This document shows, in pieces, positions 24,692 to 32,309 of a DNA stretch of 32,309 bases; the first letter of the stretch is position 1; each line of letters begins with the position of its first letter. The notes beneath the pieces are model-generated. The model ran no database searches. It was not told where the DNA came from and saw nothing but the letters and a program-made list of their open reading frames with translations. Made by a program: the position numbers and the translations under genes. This stretch comes from Octopus bimaculoides (Eukaryota), in contig NC_068988.1 of assembly GCF_001194135.2 (NCBI RefSeq), forward strand, positions 6,771,509 to 6,803,817, given 5' to 3'.

Positions 24692-25451
24692 CATACACAG
24701 TATACATATATACGTACATTTGTTTTTGTGTCTGTGTATATGTGTGTGTGTGTTCGTGTGTACATGGGTGTTTAAATCCATATTCAGTAAACACGCATAA
24801 ACATACACATACATTATATGCATATTTAATCCTCTTCAGATATTCCAAACCTTCCATTTCTTCCTGGCATATCTATTCTGATGCCATGTCTGCCCCAGCG
24901 TCCTGGCACTGTTAAATTTCGAACTTACAATTCCACGTCGGCTTGAGAGCTGCAATAACTGTAATACCTTTTGGTTGATATTCTCTTGCGGCCCGTTTTG
25001 CTGTCGTCATTTTTTAATGTATTTTTCGTCTGCTACATTTTCCTTTGTTATTTCTCTTAACGTTGCTCTTATTTGTGATATGAAGACTTAAAATGGCCGC
25101 CTTTACTGAAAGTGGAACATTTGAGATCCTCCAAATTCTATTAAAAATGTATTTGTGAGAATTAGTCGAGTCTATGGTCTAGTCTATAAGACGTTACCTG
25201 ATATGCTACAAATACGAACCAAGTCATTTCTAATGACGCTCTACATGTTTTAATGGGCTCTCCTATAAAACTATGCCTTTAGCAAATAGACGGATAAATC
25301 ATGAAAGGATTATTTTTATATATCAGACTGATATGGGTTTAAAGAATAACGACAAAAATACTTATATCGGTGATAAATCACAAAATGTAACTAGATTACG
25401 ATAATGGAATAACACCAAACCAATATTCAATCGAGAACTGTTTAGAAAATA

Positions 25452-25726
25452 GAGTAAAGACTGTTTGCCAACATAACATGGCAGTCCTGGTTTAGGACGA
25501 ATGTTGCTGTAATTTAGCCCCAGGAGACATCGTCTCCAGCTGGCTATACGACACGATCTGTGTGCTTATATTTTCGAAAATATAAGGATACAGATCGTGT
25601 TCGAAAATATAAGGACACAGATCGTGTCGTATAACCAGCTGGAGACGATGTCTCCTGGGGCAAAATTACAGCAACATTCGTTCTAAACCAGAGCTGCCAT
25701 GTTATGTTGGCAAACAGTCTTTACTC
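25452..25726. mobile_element. 275-bp fold-back palindrome (MITE-like)
   Basis: gagtaaagactgtttgccaacataacatggcag... mirrors ...ctgccatgttatgttggcaaacagtctttactc; centre atattttcgaaaatat; internal 27-bp tandem duplication; flanks TA (left) and CA (right). Confidence 0.8.
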
Positions 25727-26006
25727 CAAAGTACTGTTGCTGAATATCTCTCGTTGTGAGATTTAAGAATAGTAATTCTCTAATGCTTAGAAAATATTGA
25801 TGATAGAAATTGATCCAAAACCATACAGTTATCGAATTCTATCTGTCAATTGCCAAAGCCATACTCGCCCAAGGCCCTGTAATTTGGAAGGACCACATGT
25901 ATGTTCTCTTACTCTTTTCAATTTAGAATGAATTTTAACCAGCCACCTACTTAGTTGGTAGAATGTTTGTGAGGGAAACTTCTAACCATTATGCTTCAAA
26001 TCTTAA

Positions 26007-26250
26007 CGTATCATGAAAATTATTCGACAACAATTATTCGAGAAACACTTATTCGAAATAAATATTATTTGTATACTTGAATTTTAATTTTATCATTTTT
26101 GTTTAAATAAAATATTAAAAAAATAGAATAATTAACAGTTCGAATAATTGTCCTTTTGACTAATTTTTATTCGTACAATTTTCTATTCGAATAAATATTT
26201 TTCGAATAATTGTTTTCGAACAATTATTTTCGAACAATGTTCACATAATT
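26007..26250. mobile_element. AT-rich MITE with subrepeat TIRs and 9-bp TSD aaatcttaa (MULE-like)
   Basis: TSD at 25998-26006 and 26251-26259; TIRs built of ~15-bp aattattcgaa(aac) units. Superfamily inferred from TSD length only. Confidence 0.65.
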
Positions 26251-26443
26251 AAATCTTAAGAAGGTCTTGCAGATTTGTATAGTCCCAGATATCGTTATCA
26301 TTTGTAGTGTGTGAATTAAGAACTTGTGGTCCCCCCCCCCGTATCCGAAGTACAGCCATAGTTTGCTCCAGACAGTTTGGTATGTAGCCTCTTGCTCCAA
26401 TAATAATAAACATGAAACTGAAAGTGTATTTTCGATTGTGAAT

Positions 26444-26475
<32 letters not shown>

Positions 26476-26478
26476 TGT

Positions 26479-26647
26479 CTCTTCTATTTTCTAATTATTA
26501 TAAATCTTCCACCGAGGAGGGAATTGGTTTCCAACAATGATACAAGGCTCCATCTTTGGGATGTAGTTGACACTGACAAATTCACATTTGGAACTTGAGA
26601 AAAGTCTTGCATATTTTTATTGTTCCACTCACAGATTACAACTTGTA
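26479..26647 (-). mobile_element. RLE-type LINE 3' end, copy A (169 bp, 5'-truncated)
   Basis: Encodes ...SVSGTIKICKTFLKFQM* (stop at 26582-26584) plus ~103 bp UTR; flanked by (TATG)n on both sides. Confidence 0.8.
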
Positions 26648-26736
26648 TGTGTGTATGTATATATGTATGTGTGTGTATGTATGCATATATGAGTGTGTGT
26701 GTGTATGTACGTATGTATGTATGTATGTGTGTATAT

Positions 26737-26943
26737 CTCTTCGATTTTTTGATTATTATAAATTTCCCACTGAGGAGGGAGCCGGTTTCTAACAAAGATA
26801 CAAGCCTCTATCTTTGGGATGTAGTTAACAGACAAATTCACATTTGGAACTTGAGAAAAGTCTTGCATATTTTTACTGTTCCACTCACAGATTGCACTTG
26901 TAATGCACGAATTAGCTGGTCGGTATCTCTTTCTGAAAATCCC
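26737..26943 (-). mobile_element. RLE-type LINE 3' end, copy B (207 bp, 5'-truncated)
   Basis: Encodes GFSERDTDQLIRALQVQSVSGTVKICKTFLKFQM* (stop at 26838-26840), similar to the C-terminus of the 449-1132 element; flanked by (TATG)n. Confidence 0.8.
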
Positions 26944-27333
26944 ATGTATGTATGTATGTATGTAGCTGTTTCTGCAGGAATTTTTGGTTCTACACTGCTA
27001 AACCTACAACAAAAAACAAGCAAATAAATGAAAACAATGTTGATTCTGTGCCTTCTTTTTAGCTGCCAATGTTTACTTTGTCTTGTTGGCTTTCGTATTT
27101 CAACGCAGGCAGTGGGAGGAGAGAATAGGAGGAGTGATGCGGTATAATAACAACGATGATGATGATGATAACAATAACAATAATAATAATAATAATGAAA
27201 GTATTAAGTAAAATATAATGTTAATATTAATGAGAATAATAGCGATTGCAATAATCAGTATAATAAAAACAGCAAGAACAACAACAACAACAACAACAGC
27301 AACAACAACAACAACAGCAACAACAACAACAAC

Positions 27334-27384
<51 letters not shown>

Positions 27385-27978
27385 GAGGAAGAAGAAAGTT
27401 TTATAAAAATACTTCAATATACAGTTTGTTTATGCATGCACGCGCGTATGCGTTAGTGTGTGTGTGTGTGTGTGTGTTAGTTTGTTTTCATTTCACTCTA
27501 TCATTCACAAGGTTCATTCACACATGTCACGCTCTACACTAACGCCCTCTACTTCGCTTCTGCTGATCATCCATCTCTTGTTACGCTTCCTCACATTCTT
27601 CCCTTAACATTTTCCTCTCTTTTTTCTCCTCTGAGTTTTTTTTTCATTTCTCATGGTTTTTTCTCTCCTCCATTCATCTCTCACCTCTCTCTCCACACAC
27701 ACACACACACACACACATACACACACACACNNNNNNNNNNNNNNNNNNNNNNNNNNNNNNNNNNNNNNNNNNNNNNNNNNNNNNNNNNNNNNNNNNNNNN
27801 NNNNNNNNNNNNNNNNNNNNNNNNNNNNNNNNNNNNNNNNNNNNATATATATATATCCAACAATCTATTTGTCTCCCTGTGTGTCTATTAATCTATTTAT
27901 CAATCTGCTAATCTATCTAACTATCTGCCTTTCTATCTGTCTGCCTGTATGTCTGTCAATCAATCAATGTATGTATTA

Positions 27979-28010
<32 letters not shown>
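27979..28010. repeat. (CTAT)n microsatellite abutting the 5' junction of the second Tx1 fragment
   Basis: Visible directly. Confidence 0.95.
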
Positions 28011-28582
28011 AGTGGATTAGTGGAGGGAAGGTACGACGACGATCTCGGGGCGAACCTGGGCGTCGACGAGGAATACCTGACCCGCCTGTTTAAGACGACC
28101 TTCGGGCCGGGACCTATGGACAACTTCCAGAGATCCCTGGCCTGGCAGTGCTATCGAGAAGCTCTACCCGTTCGGGATAAGCTCTACAGGCATGGCTTGA
28201 GAAATATGGGGCCAACCTGTCCGAGATGCGGGCGGAGCGACGAAACCGTTCTGCGCGCACTCGTGCAGTGTCCCACCATTTCCGAGCTGTGAGCTTACGT
28301 CGAACAACTGCTATCGCGTGTGGGACGAGTCGGTCTATCAGCCGAGTCTATCGTGAATATTGTCGCGCCTCCTTCTTTTAAACGGGAAGGAAGAGCTATT
28401 TTCATCGTACTTGTGGTTATGGCGAAAGAATGTGTATGGTGGACGCGTCTGAAAGGTCTAGAGACAAAGACTTTCCTCTTTGGGCAATCTCTCATCAACT
28501 TCTTCAAGTATCACCTGAAGAGGAAGGTGAGAGTAGAAAGGGAAGTCTTGTCTAGTGAATGCTTCAAAAAAAGATGGGTGAA
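28011..28582 (+). mobile_element. Tx1/L1-clade LINE ORF2 C-terminal fragment (zf-RVT-like region), 5'-truncated, 3' end lost in an N gap
   Basis: ORFs 28020-28292 and 28320 onward are one frame joined through a TGA where TGG (Trp) is expected: ...FQRSLAWQCYREALPVRDKLYRHG...CPRCGRSDETVLRALVQCPTISEL*AYVEQLL...VWWTRLK.... The C-x2-C-x4-ET-x2-(H>R)-x4-C motif is visible. Confidence 0.9.
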
Positions 28583-29443
28583 NNNNNNNNNNNNNNNNNN
28601 NNNNNNNNNNNNNNNNNNNNNNNNNNNNNNNNNNNNNNNNNNNNNNNNNNNNNNNNNNNNNNNNNNNNNNNNNNNNNNNNNNNNNNNNNNNNNNNNNNNN
28701 NNNNNNNNNNNNNNNNNNNNNNNNNNNNNNNNNNNNNNNNNNNNNNNNNNNNNNNNNNNNNNNNNNNNNNNNNNNNNNNNNNNNNNNNNNNNNNNNNNNN
28801 NNNNNNNNNNNNNNNNNNNNNNNNNNNNNNNNNNNNNNNNNNNNNNNNNNNNNNNNNNNNNNNNNNNNNNNNNNNNNNNNNNNNNNNNNNNNNNNNNNNN
28901 NNNNNNNNNNNNNNNNNNNNNNNNNNNNNNNNNNNNNNNNNNNNNNNNNNNNNNNNNNNNNNNNNNNNNNNNNNNNNNNNNNNNNNNNNNNNNNNNNNNN
29001 NNNNNNNNNNNNNNNNNNNNNNNNNNNNNNNNNNNNNNNNNNNNNNNNNNNNNNNNNNNNNNNNNNNNNNNNNNNNNNNNNNNNNNNNNNNNNNNNNNNN
29101 NNNNNNNNNNNNNNNNNNNNNNNNNNNNNNNNNNNNNNNNNNNNNNNNNNNNNNNNNNNNNNNNNNNNNNNNNNNNNNNNNNNNNNNNNNNNNNNNNNNN
29201 NNNNNNNNNNNNNNNNNNNNNNNNNNNNNNNNNNNNNNNNNNNNNNNNNNNNNNNNNNNNNNNNNNNNNNNNNNNNNNNNNNNNNNNNNNNNNNNNNNNN
29301 NNNNNNNNNNNNNNNNNNNNNNNNNNNNNNNNNNNNNNNNNNNNNNNNNNNNNNNNNNNNNNNNNNNNNNNNNNNNNNNNNNNNNNNNNNNNNNNNNNNN
29401 NNNNNNNNNNNNNNGTGTGTGTGTGTGTGTGTGTGTGTGTGTG

Positions 29444-29820
29444 GAGGCGCAATGGCCCAATGATTGGGGCAGCGGACTCACGGCCGTAGGATCGCGGTTT
29501 CGATTCCCAGACCGGGCGTTGTGAGTGTTTATTGAGCGAAAACACTTAAAGCTCCACGAGGCTCCGGCAGTGGGTGATGGGGAACCCTGCTGTACTCTTA
29601 CGCCACAGCTTTCTCTCACTCTTACTTCCTGTTTCTGTTGTGCCTGTAATTCAAAGGGTCAGCCTTGTCACACCGTGTCACGCTGAATATCCCCGAGAAC
29701 TACGTTAAGAGTACACGTGTCTGTGGAGTGCTCAGCCACTTGCACGTTAATTTCACGAGCAGGTTATTCCATTGATCTGATCAAATGGAACCCTCACCGT
29801 TGTAACCGACGGAGCGCCAC
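29444..29820 (+). mobile_element. SINE family 3, full length
   Basis: ggaggcgcaatggcccaatgattggggcagcggactc...ggtttcgattcccagaccggg; colinear with the reverse complement of 19196-19565. Confidence 0.9.
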
Positions 29821-29858
29821 GATATATACTTATATATATGTGTGTATATATATGTGTG

Positions 29859-29898
<40 letters not shown>

Positions 29899-31201
29899 CA
29901 TTACGTCTATCCATGGCGTCTCTCTCTATATTTCCTTGGTTAATTTTTTTTTATATCTACATATATTTATATTTTTCCCTACCATATTTTTTAATGTCTC
30001 ATGCATATTACCAAATAGCTTCTATATATACATCCATATATATATATATATANNNNNNNNNNNNNNNNNNNNNNNNNNNNNNNNNNNNNNNNNNNNNNNN
30101 NNNNNNNNNNNNNNNNNNNNNNNNNNNNNNNNNNNNNNNNNNNNNNNNNNNNNNNNNNNNNNNNNNNNNNNNNNNNNNNNNNNNNNNNNNNNNNNNNNNN
30201 NNNNNNNNNNNNNNNNNNNNNNNNNNNNNNNNNNNNNNNNNNNNNNNNNNNNNNNNNNNNNNNNNNNNNNNNNNNNNNNNNNNNNNNNNNNNNNNNNNNN
30301 NNNNNNNNNNNNNNNNNNNNNNNNNNNNNNNNNNNNNNNNNNNNNNNNNNNNNNNNNNNNNNNNNNNNNNNNNNNNNNNNNNNNNNNNNNNNNNNNNNNN
30401 NNNNNNNNNNNNNNNNNNNNNNNNNNNNNNNNNNNNNNNNNNNNNNNNNNNNNNNNNNNNNNNNNNNNNNNNNNNNNNNNNNNNNNNNNNNNNNNNNNNN
30501 NNNNNNNNNNNNNNNNNNNNNNNNNNNNNNNNNNNNNNNNNNNNNNNNNNNNNNNNNNNNNNNNNNNNNNNNNNNNNNNNNNNNNNNNNNNNNNNNNNNN
30601 NNNNNNNNNNNNNNNNNNNNNNNNNNNNNNNNNNNNNNNNNNNNNNNNNNNNNNNNNNNNNNNNNNNNNNNNNNNNNNNNNNNNNNNNNNNNNNNNNNNN
30701 NNNNNNNNNNNNNNNNNNNNNNNNNNNNNNNNNNNNNNNNNNNNNNNNNNNNNNNNNNNNNNNNNNNNNNNNNNNNNNNNNNNNNNNNNNNNNNNNNNNN
30801 NNNNNNNNNNNNNNNNNNNNNNNNNNNNNNNNNNNNNNNNNNNNNNNNNNNNNNNNNNNNNNNNNNNNNNNNNNNNNNNNNNNNNNNNNNNNNNNNNNNN
30901 NNNNNNNNNNNNNNNNNNNNNNNNNCGAGAAAATCCAGCTAAGTCTGCTCTCACATTACAAAATTAGTTTATTTGTGGATTACTTGCAACGGAATCTTAC
31001 TTGAGATTGACACCTGCTGTGCTGGAAGGATCTGGAAGAACTTTCACAGTAACAGAAACACGTACACCCACACATACACACTCACAGGCCAACACACAAA
31101 CATGTGACTCTACGTGAGTGTGTATGCGAGCGTGTGTGTGCCGGTGGGGAGTGGGTGGGTGTCTATGGAAAGAGAGAGAGAGAGAAAGGAAGCAGAAAGA
31201 G

Positions 31202-31242
<41 letters not shown>

Positions 31243-31253
31243 GCAGAAAGAGT

Positions 31254-31294
<41 letters not shown>

Positions 31295-31689
31295 AGAAGG
31301 GCATTAAGTAAATAAGTTATCTTGCGGACATAATGAAAATATTGTTCTCGTCAAATGCATTTTAGCAAAGATCTCAGCAGAGTTGAAATGGGTTCAGTGG
31401 TTAGGGCTATGCTATAACAGAATGTAATATTTAAACAAAGATAATCAAATAAAAACATGACCATTCATATACATACATACATACATACACGCACATAGAC
31501 ATATATGTTTAAACATGTGTGTGTTTGGATGTGTGTGCTTATGTATTTATATGGCAGTGCTCTTTTGTCTTATGATATGAACATGGAGCGCATGTAATAT
31601 GTAATACTAGTTTCAAATGTCAGTACTTTGGGGTGGTAGGGGATAAACTGGTTGCATTGACAACTGCTCAATAAAAAAAAAAACCTTCT

Positions 31690-31895
31690 CGTGTCTTACA
31701 GACTCATAACGGCCGGTTTTCCACTTCCATGGCGGTTCGTCGCAGAGTTACTCACTTTTACCAGCTGAGTGGACTGGAGAAACGTGAAATGAAGTGTTTT
31801 GCTCAAGAACACAACGCATCACCCGGTCCATGAATCGAAACTACAATCTTACGATCATGAATCCAACAGCCTAACCACTAAGCTAAGCGCCTCCT
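31690..31895 (-). mobile_element. tRNA-derived SINE with a family-3-like head and a different body
   Basis: Reverse complement ggaggcgcttagcttagtggttagg...gtttcgattcatggaccggg...gtgttcttgagcaaaacacttcatttcacg. Confidence 0.7.
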
Positions 31896-31920
31896 CCCGG
31901 CGCTCATTTGTTACTTATTT

Positions 31921-32043
31921 TATCCTTTCGGGTTCGTTCAATTAAGCACCAACCAACCTCGGCGGAATTTGCTCTCAGAGTGTAAAAAGAAACGAAATGC
32001 CGCTATGTACTTTGCCTGGCGTGCTAACATTTCTGCTGGCTCA
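31921..32043 (-). mobile_element. SINE family 2 head (minus strand, 31952-32043) joined to a short plus-strand piece of the same family
   Basis: cctcggcggaatttgctctcagagtgtaaa...gtgctaacatttctgctggctc matches 11350-11440. Confidence 0.65.
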
Positions 32044-32051
32044 AAGAATTA

Positions 32052-32305
32052 TTGGGGTAGTGCATAATTATTGCAGCTTCTTTTCAACAAATTATATTCA
32101 ACAAAAACAATAACAATATTTAACAAAAACATCTTTAAATGACGGTCTGAACGTCTGCCAAGCAAATGGGAAACAGTAATTGAAGTAGATGGTGAATATG
32201 CTCTGGAATAATCATTTAAAGATATTTTTGTTACATGTTGTTATTGTTTTTGTTGAATAAAATTTGTTGAAAAAAAGCCGCAATAATTATGCACCACCAA
32301 CCCGA
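32052..32305 (+). mobile_element. Mariner-derived MITE with ~90-bp TIRs enclosing the transposase C-terminus
   Basis: TA-ttggggtagtgcataattattgcagc...aacaaaaacatctttaaatga is mirrored at the right end; the interior 32152-32211 reads RLPSKWETVIEVDGEYALE*, matching the mariner end LP.RW..VI...G.Y. Confidence 0.85.
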
Positions 32306-32309
32306 TTTA

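Noticed and set aside
24843-24907. Minus-strand ARTLGQTWHQNRYARKKWK resembling homeodomain helix 3
   Set aside because: Spacing to the LG motif is wrong, the invariant Phe is missing, and a stop follows within a few codons.
31001-31031. Possible 31-nt minus-strand exon (ttccAG...CTCAA|GTAAGA)
   Set aside because: Isolated, not frame-preserving, no partner exons, and within chance expectation for single splice-site pairs.

Overview
Eukaryotic, repeat-saturated non-coding DNA from a draft assembly (about 4.3 kb, ~13%, is N gaps, mostly flanked by microsatellite). The extreme microsatellite load and the recurring tRNA-derived SINE families resemble an Octopus genome (inference from pattern recognition, not a search). 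No intact host gene is visible; the long track ORFs are microsatellite or N-gap artefacts and the rest are short or TE remnants. Recognisable content: two Tx1/L1-type LINE ORF2 fragments, three RLE-type (R4/Dong-like) LINE 3' ends, a Penelope-like fragment, a probable RTE 3' end, a full-length dead Tc3-like transposon with both TIRs, a mariner-derived MITE, a MULE-like MITE with a 9-bp TSD, a 275-bp palindrome, and more than a dozen SINE copies or fragments. Best leads: (1) apparent microsatellite-specific targeting, with RLE LINEs in (TACA)n and Tx1 LINEs next to (TATC)n; (2) two candidate 3-nt GTG microexons on the + strand with canonical splice signals; (3) a Penelope-type minimal hammerhead inside an 82-bp inverted repeat.
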